A stretch of DNA of 24,000 bases. It comes from Streptomyces sp. OfavH-34-F. GTDB taxonomy: Bacteria; Actinomycetota; Actinomycetes; Streptomycetales; Streptomycetaceae. Below the pieces are notes generated by a model, which was not told the DNA's origin, ran no database searches, and saw only the letters and a list, made by a program, of their open reading frames with translations. The position numbers and the translations under genes are program-made. Where the stretch lies: positions 26,630 through 50,629 of the forward strand of contig NZ_JAKRGC010000008.1 in NCBI RefSeq assembly GCF_022347745.1, read 5' to 3'. Within the stretch, counting starts at the first letter, position 1. Each line of letters starts with the position of its first letter. Below are positions 1 through 7,827 of the stretch, piece after piece.

Positions 1-380
1 GGCTGACCGCGTCCGGCGTGGTGACCGGCTACGGACCGGACGTGGATGTCGCCGCTCTCGGCCACGCGGTCCAGGCGTTCACCACCTTCGAGGTGGACCA
101 GCCCGCCCGCGAGGCCATCGCGGCGAGACTGCGGGCCGTGCCCCAGATCCTGGAGGCCCACGTGGTGACGGGTTCCGGCGACATCTGGTGCCGGATCGCA
201 GGCACGAGCAACCAGCACGTGCAACAGGTGATCGACCACGTCCTGGAGGTACCGGGGGTCCGCCGCAGCGCCACGGTCATCGCCCTCAGCGCGGTCATCC
301 CCTACCGGGTCCAGCCCCTGGTCGACGCGGTGGCCAGTACCCCGGCGGAAGCGGGAGACACCGCCGCCGACGGGGCGTGA
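1..380 (+). CDS. Lrp/AsnC-family transcriptional regulator, C-terminal part (5' end outside window)
   Basis: Frame 3 is open from the window edge (LTASGVVTGYGPDVD...) to TGA at 378-380. The text fits an AsnC-type effector (RAM) domain: GVVTGYGPDVDVAALG, LRAVPQILEAHVVTGSGDIWCRI, VLEVPGVRRSATVIAL. GC3 is high. Confidence 0.8.
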   Translation, partial: LTASGVVTGYGPDVDVAALGHAVQAFTTFEVDQPAREAIAARLRAVPQILEAHVVTGSGDIWCRIAGTSNQHVQQVIDHVLEVPGVRRSATVIALSAVIPYRVQPLVDAVASTPAEAGDTAADGA

Positions 381-451
381 CGCGGAACCGGTGCGTAGGG
401 CACAGGCGTCGCGGCCGACACCGGGAGGCCGCGGCGTTCGGCAGGTTCCGG

Positions 452-527
452 CGCCCCGGAAGGGCCGGGGCGTACGTGAGGTGCCCGGCCCGGGGCGCAG
501 CGCACCGAGCGGGGCCGGCCACCTCAC
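452..527. terminator. Two adjacent GC-rich hairpins between convergent genes (candidate bidirectional terminator)
   Basis: Hairpin 1: CGCCCCGG (452-459) pairs with CCGGGGCG (465-472), 5-nt loop. Hairpin 2: GTGAGGTGcCCGGCCC (476-491) pairs with GGGCCGGcCACCTCAC (512-527), 8 bp + one C/C mismatch + 7 bp. They lie between the Lrp/AsnC stop (380) and the protease stop (611). No U-tract. Confidence 0.5.
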
Positions 528-610
528 TCGGCAGGCGGGGGCGCGGTCTCCCACACCCCCGCCGCGCCGCCGGCTCTCATGGCCCGTCGGCCACTCGGCG
601 GCCCGCCGGC

Positions 611-1324
611 TCAGACGCCCGCGATCGACTGGATCCAGGAGCGGTACGCGGTCACGTTGGTGTAGGCCGTGTTGCTCTGGCGGTCGCTGGTGGACGCCAC
701 GCCGACCTGTACGCCGCCCGCCATCATCGGGCCGCCCGAGTCGCCGCCCGCGGTGATGCCGTTGCCCCAGGTGGCGCAGATCGCGGAGCCGCCGTAGGCG
801 TCCGTGCAGCCGCGCGTGACCGTGACGTTGGCGACCTTCAGGTAGCGGGACTGGCAGTTGATCTCGGAGCCGCACCGGGAGGTCGCGCCCCAGCCGTACA
901 CCTGCACGCCCTGCCCGACGCGCACGGTGCCCGGCTGCCCGAGGGGGGCGTACGTGGCCGACACCGACCGGTCGAGACGGACGAGAGCCAGGTCGGCGCC
1001 GTGGGTGTAGGTCTGGACGCCGTTGGCGACGGTTCCGCCGCTGTACTGGTCAAGGCTGCCTATGCGGAAGGAGAGCCCGCCGCCGCTGACGCAGTGCTTG
1101 GCCGTGAGTATCCAGGTGGGGGCGATGATCGTGGACGAACACGTTTCCTGTCCGTTGGAATACAGGCGGGCGGCCCACGGGGCACTGCCCGCGTATCCGC
1201 CGCCGATGATCGGCTGCGGGCCGGTGGGAGCCGGCGAGGGTGCGGCGACCGCAGGCGCGGTGAGCAGGGCGAAGAGGCAGACCACCGCGGCGGCGAGTGC
1301 GGGCGCGAGTCTTGAAAGGCGCAA
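611..1324 (-). CDS. Secreted trypsin-like serine protease (peptidase family S1)
   Basis: Catalytic triad contexts are present: IIGG mature N-terminus, TAKHC (His), DLALVRL (Asp), GDSGGP (Ser). Signal peptide LRLSRLAPALAAAVVCLFALLTAPAVAAP. The start is uncertain. I prefer TTG at 1324, which has GAGGA 5 nt upstream; ATG 1411 and ATG 1498 are alternatives in the same ORF (611..1498). Confidence 0.9.
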   Translation of the reverse strand: MRLSRLAPALAAAVVCLFALLTAPAVAAPSPAPTGPQPIIGGGYAGSAPWAARLYSNGQETCSSTIIAPTWILTAKHCVSGGGLSFRIGSLDQYSGGTVANGVQTYTHGADLALVRLDRSVSATYAPLGQPGTVRVGQGVQVYGWGATSRCGSEINCQSRYLKVANVTVTRGCTDAYGGSAICATWGNGITAGGDSGGPMMAGGVQVGVASTSDRQSNTAYTNVTAYRSWIQSIAGV

Positions 1325-1410
1325 GATTCCTCGATCCTGACGACACGTCGTGTGGACGTGTGAGGGTGGGGGGACGGCCTGTGGGCCGTGTCCAGGGCGA
1401 ACCGGCGCCA

Positions 1411-1555
1411 TGACGGCAGTTGACGTCACGAATGACGACCGCTGTTCGGCATGAACATGACCTATCGTCACCCGGGCGCGACGCAATCGCCTACTCACAC
1501 CTGGCCATAAATCCGGGTGATGCCATCACGCCGACGCCGGTGACGACCTCCGTCA
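1411..1555. promoter_or_regulatory. Cluster of TGACG/CGTCA motifs in the protease/cyclophilin divergent intergenic region
   Basis: TGACG at 1411, 1421, 1433 and 1541. CGTCA at 1424, 1466 and 1551. This includes the palindrome TGACGTCA (1421-1428), the 8-mer TGACGACC twice (1433-1440, 1541-1548), and the palindrome GTGATGcCATCAC (1517-1529). Function unknown. Confidence 0.3.
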
Positions 1556-1693
1556 TGAGGTCCTGCGGTTCCCGCGCTGATCCCCTCGCGAAGAAGACGG
1601 CCCATGTGGCTTGCTTACGGGTACTCGCCCGAGGGGCCGCGCCCTAGACTGCGACCGCTCCGGAATCTGACGATCTTTTGGAGGATGTGCAGG

Positions 1694-2425
1694 ATGAAGC
1701 GAGCCCTCATGACCACGTTGGCGACATTCACGCTGGTCGTGTCCGGGGGCGGCGTCACCGCCTCCGCTTCCGATGCCCCGCCCCGCACCACGCACGGTCC
1801 TTGCCAGTACGCCCAGACACCGGACGAACCGGCGGCCCGGCCGGTTCCCCTGCCGCCCGACCCGCGCCACACCCCCAGTCGCGGCACGATCGACATGGCC
1901 GTCCCGACCAGCCAGGGGCCGCTCCCCCTGAGTCTGGACCGGGCGAAGGCGCCGTGCACGGTCCAGAGCTTCGTACACCTGGCACGGCACCGGTTCTACG
2001 ACCGCACGGTGTGCCATCGGCTGACGGCGTATCCGACGCTGAAGGTCCTGCAGTGCGGCGACCCGACCGGCACCGGCGAGGGCGGCCCGGGGTACGCGTT
2101 CAAGGACGAACTGCCGGTGGACCTGCCGCAGGTGCCGAGTGACCCGACCGGCACCCGGCGCCAGTACGGGCGCGGCCTGCTGGCGATGGCCAATGCGGGG
2201 CCGAACACGAACGGTTCCCAGTTCTTCGTCGTCTACGGGGATTCCGTGCTGCGGCCGAACTACACGGTGTTCGGCACGGTCGGCTCCGCCGGGCTGAAGA
2301 CGCTCGACAAGATCGCCGCCGGCGGGATCGAGCCGACCGCGGAGGACCCGGCCTCCGTCGACGGGACGCCCGTACTGAGGACCGAACTGCGCAGCGTCCG
2401 GCGCTCCCACCACCATCACCACTGA
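1694..2425 (+). CDS. Secreted cyclophilin-type peptidyl-prolyl cis-trans isomerase with C-terminal His5
   Basis: Cyclophilin signatures: FYDRTVCHRL, LQCGDPTGTGEGGPGY, GLLAMANAGPNTNGSQFFVVY, YTVFGTV. ATG 1694 (GGAGGA at 1679-1684) gives the signal-like N-terminus MKRALMTTLATFTLVVSGGGVTASA. The ORF track starts earlier, at 1604. The protein ends RRSHHHHH. Confidence 0.9.
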   Translation: MKRALMTTLATFTLVVSGGGVTASASDAPPRTTHGPCQYAQTPDEPAARPVPLPPDPRHTPSRGTIDMAVPTSQGPLPLSLDRAKAPCTVQSFVHLARHRFYDRTVCHRLTAYPTLKVLQCGDPTGTGEGGPGYAFKDELPVDLPQVPSDPTGTRRQYGRGLLAMANAGPNTNGSQFFVVYGDSVLRPNYTVFGTVGSAGLKTLDKIAAGGIEPTAEDPASVDGTPVLRTELRSVRRSHHHHH

Positions 2426-2432
2426 TCCACCG

Positions 2433-2488
2433 CGCTCCGCGTCACCGCGGGTCCGGGCCCCGGACCGGCCCCACGGTGACGCGGAGCG
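2433..2488 (+). terminator. Strong hairpin after the cyclophilin gene
   Basis: A perfect 15-bp inverted repeat, CGCTCCGCGTCACCG (2433-2447) / CGGTGACGCGGAGCG (2474-2488), encloses a second GC hairpin (GGTCCGG...CCGGACC). It starts 8 nt after the stop codon. Confidence 0.6.
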
Positions 2489-2701
2489 GCCGCCGTCGAC
2501 GCGGATGTCCTCGGCCACGGGGAGCGGTGACCCCTGTCCCCCGCCTCGGCACGGCCGGCCCCCGGGCGGGCGGACCGGCTCGGTGAACTCCGTGCCGGCG
2601 GCGCTCCCGGTCCGCCGGCGGCTTCGGGTCCGGGCGGTCCGGCGACGCGCATCACAGCGTGTCATCCGATCGGACCCGCCTCGGCGGGGAACTGTGGGTT
2701 C

Positions 2702-3442
2702 ATGACGACACAGCTCGGACTTCCCGAAGGCATCCAGGCCTGTCTCTTCGATCTCGACGGAGTGGTCACCAGGACGGCGGTGGTGCACGCCGCCGCCTGG
2801 AAGGCGACCTTCGACGCCTTCCTGCGTGAGCGCGACGGGGCGGACTTCCGTCCCTTCACCGACTCCGACTACGCCCAGTACGTCGACGGCCGCCCCCGGG
2901 CCGACGGCGTCCGCTCGTTCCTCGCCTCCCGGGGCATCGAACTCCCCGAGGGCACGCCGGACGATCCGCCGGAGACGCGGAGCGTCAACGGTGTCGGCAA
3001 CCGCAAGAACGAACTCCTCCTGGAGAAGATCCGCACCGACGGCGTGGAACCGTACCCGGGCACGCTGCGGTACATCGACGCCGTCCGCGCCGCCGGGCTC
3101 GCCACCGCGATCGTCTCCTCCAGCGCCAACACCCGCGACGTGCTGCACTCCATCTCCGCCGAGCAGTTGTTCGACGTACGGATCGACGGGGTGGTGGCCA
3201 GGGAACGGAAACTGCCGGGCAAACCACACCCCGACACCTTCCTGGCCGCCGCCCGGGACCTCGGTGTGGAGCCGTCCCGGGCCGCCGTCTTCGAGGACGC
3301 GCTGGCCGGCATGGAGGCGGGGAGGTCCGGGCACTTCGGCTACGTCGTCGGCGTCGACCGCGTCGGACAGACCGAAGCCCTGTACACCCACGGCGCCGAC
3401 CGCGTCGTCAAGGACCTCGCCGAACTCGGAGGCAGCGCGTGA
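2702..3442 (+). CDS. HAD-superfamily hydrolase, beta-phosphoglucomutase family
   Basis: HAD motifs: LFDLDGVV (motif I), IVSSSAN (II), GKPHPD (III), FEDALAGMEAG (IV). The stop overlaps the next start (GTGA at 3439-3442). Confidence 0.9.
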   Translation: MTTQLGLPEGIQACLFDLDGVVTRTAVVHAAAWKATFDAFLRERDGADFRPFTDSDYAQYVDGRPRADGVRSFLASRGIELPEGTPDDPPETRSVNGVGNRKNELLLEKIRTDGVEPYPGTLRYIDAVRAAGLATAIVSSSANTRDVLHSISAEQLFDVRIDGVVARERKLPGKPHPDTFLAAARDLGVEPSRAAVFEDALAGMEAGRSGHFGYVVGVDRVGQTEALYTHGADRVVKDLAELGGSA

Positions 3443-5817
3443 TCACCAACCGGACGTACACCGTGGAGCCCTGGCGCGTGCGCGAGACGGCTCTCGACCT
3501 CGATCTCCTGGCCCAGAGCGAATCCGTCTTCGCGCTGTCCAACGGGCATGTCGGCTGGCGAGGCAACCTCGACGAGGGCGAACCGCACGGCCTGCCCGGC
3601 AGCTACCTCAACGGGGTGTACGAACTGCACCCGCTGCCCTACGCCGAGGCGGGCTACGGCTACCCCGAGTCGGGCCAGACCGTCATCAACGTCACCAACG
3701 GGAAGCTGCTGCGGCTGCTGGTGGACGACGAGCCCTTCGACCTGCGGTACGGGCGGCTCCGCAAGCACGAACGCACCCTGGACTTCAGGCGCGGCGTGCT
3801 GGAGCGGAGCTGCGAGTGGACCTCCCCCGCGGGTACGACCGTCCGGGTGCGTTCCACCCGCCTCGTCTCCCTCACGCAGCGCGCCATCGCCGCCGTGCAG
3901 TACGAGGTGGAGCCCGTCGACAGCCGGACCAGGGTGGTCATCCAGTCGGAGCTGGTCACCAACGAGAGTCTGCCCTCGTCCGACGGCGACCCGCGGACGG
4001 CCAAGGCGTTGAAGTCCCCGCTGGAACCGGAGGAGGACCAGGCCGTCGGGTCGCGGTTGCGCCTGGTCCACCGCACCCGGCGCAGCGGCCTCCGGGTCGC
4101 CGTGGCCGCCGACCACGTCGTGGACGCCCCCGGGGAGATCACCACCAGCAGCGAGAGCAACACCGATGTCGCCCGCCTGACCATCACCTCCGTCCTGGAC
4201 CCGGGCCAGCGGCTGCGGGTGCAGAAGACCGTCGCCCACGGCTGGTCGGGGGCCCGTTCCCGGCCTGCGATGAGCGATCAGGTCGAGGCCGCACTGGCTG
4301 CCGCCGCGCACGGCGGCTGGGACGAACTGGTGGCCCAGCAGCGGGACTACCTCGATGACTTCTGGGCCCGTGCGGATGTCGAGGTGCACGGCGACGAGGA
4401 GATCCAGCAGGCCGTCCGCTTCGCGCTCTTCCATGTGCTCCAGGCCGGTGCCCGCGCCGAGCAGCGGGCGATCCCGGCCAAGGGGCTGACCGGTTCCGGG
4501 TACGACGGCCACGCCTTCTGGGACACCGAGATGTTCGTGCTGCCCCTCCTCTCGTACACCGAGCCCAGGGCGGTCGCCGAGGCGCTGCGCTGGCGGCAGG
4601 CCACCCTGCCCGCCGCCCGGGACCGGGCCACCCAGCTCGGACTGCGCGGCGCCGCGTTCCCGTGGCGGACCATCGACGGCTCGGAGGGCTCCGCGTACTG
4701 GCCGGCCGGCACCGCCGCCTTCCACGTGGCCGCCGACATCGCGCACGCCGCGGTGCGCCACACGGCGGTGACCGGCGACTCCGACTTCGAACGCGAGACC
4801 GCCCTGGAACTCCTGGTGGAGACGGCGCGGTTGTGGCGCTCCCTGGGCCATCACGACCCTCACGGCGTGTTCCACATCGACGGCATCACGGGGCCGGACG
4901 AGTACAGCGCCGTCGTGGACGACAACACGTACACCAACCTCATGGCCCGCTCCAACCTCCTCGCCGCGGCCGACGTGTGCGAACGCCATCCGGAGGAGGC
5001 GGCCCGGCTGGGTGTGGACGAGGAGGAGAGCGCCGCCTGGAGGGACGCCGCCGAGGCCGTGCACATCCCGTACAACAAGGAGATCGGCGTGCACGAGCAG
5101 CACGCCGGCTTCACCCACCACCAGCGCTGGGACTTCGCGAACACCCGCGCCGACCAGTACCCGCTGATGCTGCACTTCCCCTACTTCGACATCTATCGCA
5201 AGCAGGTGATCAAGCAGTCCGACCTCGTGCTGGCGATGTACACCTGCGGCACCTGGTTCGAGGCCCACTGCGACGACGACCAGCTGGCCGCGAACTTCGC
5301 CTACTACGAGCCGCTGACCGTACGGGACTCCTCGCTGTCGGCGTGCTGCCAGGCCGTCGTCGCCGCCCGGACCGGTCATCTGCGGCTGGCCTACGACTAC
5401 ACCGCCGAGGCCGCGCTGATGGACCTGGCCGACCTGGAGCACAACACCCGCGACGGGCTGCACATCGCCTCGCTGGCCGGTACGTGGATGGCGCTGGTCG
5501 CCGGGTTCGGCGGCACCCGGAGGGACGGCGACAGCCTGCGCTTCACGCCCCGGCTGCCCGAGAAGTTCAGCCGCCTGGCCTTCCGGCTCCAGTTCCGCGG
5601 CCGGTGCCTCCAGGTGGAGATCAAGCCGGAGGAGGCGACGTACTCGCTGCTCCTGGGCGACGCGCTGACGATCCACCACCACGGAGCGGAGGTACACGTG
5701 GACGGCGCCGGACCCGTCACCCTGCCGATCTCCCCGCCGAAGCCGCGACCCACCCCCGAACAACCCCTGCACCGCCGCCCGGGCACCACCGAACGCCCGA
5801 GCACCGAACCGAAGTGA
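3439..5817 (+). CDS. Glycoside hydrolase family 65 disaccharide phosphorylase (trehalose/maltose/kojibiose phosphorylase type)
   Basis: 792 aa. GH65-type strings: SNGHVGWRGNLDE, GSGYDGHAFWDTEMF, ITGPDEYSAVVDDNTYTN, YYEPLTVRDSSLS. Paired with a beta-PGM gene, as is typical. Confidence 0.9.
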   Translation: MITNRTYTVEPWRVRETALDLDLLAQSESVFALSNGHVGWRGNLDEGEPHGLPGSYLNGVYELHPLPYAEAGYGYPESGQTVINVTNGKLLRLLVDDEPFDLRYGRLRKHERTLDFRRGVLERSCEWTSPAGTTVRVRSTRLVSLTQRAIAAVQYEVEPVDSRTRVVIQSELVTNESLPSSDGDPRTAKALKSPLEPEEDQAVGSRLRLVHRTRRSGLRVAVAADHVVDAPGEITTSSESNTDVARLTITSVLDPGQRLRVQKTVAHGWSGARSRPAMSDQVEAALAAAAHGGWDELVAQQRDYLDDFWARADVEVHGDEEIQQAVRFALFHVLQAGARAEQRAIPAKGLTGSGYDGHAFWDTEMFVLPLLSYTEPRAVAEALRWRQATLPAARDRATQLGLRGAAFPWRTIDGSEGSAYWPAGTAAFHVAADIAHAAVRHTAVTGDSDFERETALELLVETARLWRSLGHHDPHGVFHIDGITGPDEYSAVVDDNTYTNLMARSNLLAAADVCERHPEEAARLGVDEEESAAWRDAAEAVHIPYNKEIGVHEQHAGFTHHQRWDFANTRADQYPLMLHFPYFDIYRKQVIKQSDLVLAMYTCGTWFEAHCDDDQLAANFAYYEPLTVRDSSLSACCQAVVAARTGHLRLAYDYTAEAALMDLADLEHNTRDGLHIASLAGTWMALVAGFGGTRRDGDSLRFTPRLPEKFSRLAFRLQFRGRCLQVEIKPEEATYSLLLGDALTIHHHGAEVHVDGAGPVTLPISPPKPRPTPEQPLHRRPGTTERPSTEPK

Positions 5818-5832
5818 GGCCGCCCCTGGTCG

Positions 5833-5862
5833 GGCCCCGGGCCGCTCGGGCGGCCCGGGGCC
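5833..5862 (+). terminator. Perfect GC hairpin after the GH65 gene
   Basis: GGCCCCGGGCCGC (5833-5845), loop TCGG, GCGGCCCGGGGCC (5850-5862). 13-bp perfect stem, 16 nt after the stop. Confidence 0.6.
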
Positions 5863-6208
5863 AGCCGCATGGGACCGGGGAGGCTGTCTCTTCGCGAGGC
5901 AGGGTTCCACTGGCGCCCCGGGGCGACTTTCGAGATCCCCTGGAGCTGCTTTCCACAGCCCCGACCGAGGGCCGACCACGCCACTGTTGAGCACGATACA
6001 CATTATGTGGTGCCTACACGTCGCATGTATGATGCACATAGACGCGGCCGCCTCCCCACCGACCACCCGGTGAACGGATCACCGCGTAAGCACGCACCCG
6101 CCCAGGGCCGCGCTCGCTCGCCCCGGGGCGCGATCCCCCGCTCCCTCGGGCCGTCGGCCGGGCGCCGCACACCTCACGGGCACCCGCCCATCAGCAAGGA
6201 GCACCACC

Positions 6209-7006
6209 ATGAACCGACTGCAGGACAAGGTCGCCGTCATCACCGGAGCCGGAAGCGGCATCGGCCGCGCCGCCGCGGTGCTGATGAGCAAGCAGGGCGC
6301 CCGTGTCGTCGTCGCCGACTACGACACCGAAGCGGCCCGGGAGACCGCCGATCTCGTCACCACGGCCGGCGGCACCGCCCTGGCGCTGACGGTGAACGTC
6401 CTCGAAGAGGACTCCATCGCCGCCATGATCGACACCACGGTCGAGGAATACGGCTCCCTGAACATCCTGTGCAACCACGTCGGCGGCACCAACCCCCGCG
6501 TCGACCTGGACCTGCTCCGCATGGACATGGCCGAGTTCGACCGGGCCGTCAGCCTCAACGTACGCAGCACGCTCGTCGGTTCGCGGCTCGCCATTCCGCA
6601 CATGATCGAGGCTGGCGGTGGCTCGATCATCAACACCGCCTCCGTCGCCGCGCTCGTCGGAGACGTCCTGCAGACCTCCTACGGGGCCGTGAAGGCGGCC
6701 GTCGTCAGCATCACCAAGTCCGTGGCCACCCAGTACGGTCCGAAAAACATCCGCTGCAACGCGATCGCCCCCGGCGCCGTGATGACCCCCGCCCTGGAGA
6801 ACAACCTCCCCCAGGAGGTCATCGACAGCCTCAAGGCCGGCAACGCGCTGCCCTACCTCGGCTCCCCCGAGGACATCGCCCACACCATGGTCTTCCTCGC
6901 CTCGGACGAGTCCCGCTACCTCACCGGCCAGCTCCTGGTCGTGGACGGCGGTATGACCATGCAGTCCTCGGCCGCGCCCGGGCGCCGGGCCATGCTCCCC
7001 GCGTGA
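6209..7006 (+). CDS. Short-chain dehydrogenase/reductase (SDR) family oxidoreductase
   Basis: TGAGSGIGRA cofactor motif, NTAS, and the YGAVKAA (YxxxK) catalytic motif. AAGGAG RBS upstream of ATG 6209. Confidence 0.9.
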   Translation: MNRLQDKVAVITGAGSGIGRAAAVLMSKQGARVVVADYDTEAARETADLVTTAGGTALALTVNVLEEDSIAAMIDTTVEEYGSLNILCNHVGGTNPRVDLDLLRMDMAEFDRAVSLNVRSTLVGSRLAIPHMIEAGGGSIINTASVAALVGDVLQTSYGAVKAAVVSITKSVATQYGPKNIRCNAIAPGAVMTPALENNLPQEVIDSLKAGNALPYLGSPEDIAHTMVFLASDESRYLTGQLLVVDGGMTMQSSAAPGRRAMLPA

Positions 7007-7076
7007 CACACGTCCCTCGCCGGCCGTAGTTCGCGGAGCAAACACCCCTAGCCGCGCCGCTTCGCCGCCGAACTCG

Positions 7077-7685
7077 TCATGCAGGGGTCGTTTCGGAAGC
7101 AGCGGCCGGAAGGGTGCGCGGCCGGGGGCGTTCCCCCTGGGGGCCGAACATGATCAGGTACTCGACCGGTCCGCCGGTTCCGGCGTTGGCCACCGCGTGC
7201 GGGGTGCGGGTGTCGAACTCCGCTACGTCCCCGGCGGTCAGGATGAGGTCCTGACCGCCGAGTGCGAGCCACAGCCGGCCGTACAGGACGCACAGCCACT
7301 CGTGGCCCTCGTGGGAGACCTGGCGCGGCCTGGCAGGCGGTTCGGTCACGGCGGGCAGGACGTGCTTGTGGGCGTGCAGTCCCCCGACGTACCGGGTCAG
7401 CGGCACCACCGCCTTGTCGTCGCCGAAGCTGCGGACCACGGGGGCGGGAGCAGGCGCGGGGGCCGCGCCGGCCAGCTCGTCCAGGCCGACCCCGTACTCC
7501 TTCGACAGCTGGAGCACCACCTCTAGGGTGGGCTTGCGCCGGCGGGTCTCGATCCGCGACAGCGCGCTGGGCGAGATGCCGGTCGCCCGGCTCACCTCGG
7601 CGAGTGTGCGGCCCCGGCCCTCCCGTACGGCTCTCAGCCGGGTTCCCATCGCCGCCAGCGCCTGGGTCACGTCGTCCTCTGCCAC
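7077..7685 (-). CDS. XRE-family HTH transcriptional regulator with C-terminal cupin domain
   Basis: N-terminal HTH_3 pattern (GTRLRAVREGRGRTLAEVSRATGISPSALSRIETRRRKPTLEVVLQLSKEYGV). The C-terminal cupin has HEGHEWLCVLYGRL...GDVAEFDTRTPH. GTG start at 7685; an internal ATG 36 nt downstream is also possible. Confidence 0.85.
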   Translation of the reverse strand: MAEDDVTQALAAMGTRLRAVREGRGRTLAEVSRATGISPSALSRIETRRRKPTLEVVLQLSKEYGVGLDELAGAAPAPAPAPVVRSFGDDKAVVPLTRYVGGLHAHKHVLPAVTEPPARPRQVSHEGHEWLCVLYGRLWLALGGQDLILTAGDVAEFDTRTPHAVANAGTGGPVEYLIMFGPQGERPRPRTLPAAASETTPA

Positions 7686-7732
7686 CGCTCCCGCGCCTTT
7701 CCGCCGTCCGCTTCACCGCCCTGTCCTGCAAG

Positions 7733-7749
7733 GTTGCCAGACTGGCAAC
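7733..7749. promoter_or_regulatory. Perfect 17-bp palindrome, candidate operator in the divergent regulator/hydrolase intergenic region
   Basis: GTTGCCA-gac-TGGCAAC at 7733-7749. It sits between the XRE-cupin start (7685, minus strand) and the epoxide hydrolase start (7828, plus strand). Confidence 0.45.
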
Positions 7750-7827
7750 GCGGATCGCGCCGAGCGGCGGGCGCCCCGCATGATCGGCGGGTACCCGTCG
7801 GACGCCGCGAACCGAGGAGAAGTCCCC

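Noticed and set aside
188-1315. 375-aa plus-strand ORF overlapping the Lrp/AsnC gene end and the protease gene
   Set aside because: Extremely Arg/Gly/Pro-rich nonsense text, running antisense to the S1 protease gene, which has a full catalytic triad.
2408-2422. The His5 run as an engineered affinity tag or cloning artefact
   Set aside because: Only five His, mixed CAC/CAT codons, no linker, protease site or vector sequence, and a native-looking terminator follows. Treated as natural.
1553-3391. 612-aa minus-strand ORF across the cyclophilin and beta-PGM genes
   Set aside because: It is antisense to two motif-bearing genes and crosses an intergenic hairpin. The composition is Arg/Gly/Pro-rich. 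Shadow ORF.
3340-6066. 908-aa ORF on the minus strand spanning the whole GH65 gene
   Set aside because: It is antisense to a gene with clear GH65 motifs. Its translation is low-complexity, rich in R/G/P/A/V, with no recognisable motif. This is the typical shadow ORF of high-GC DNA.
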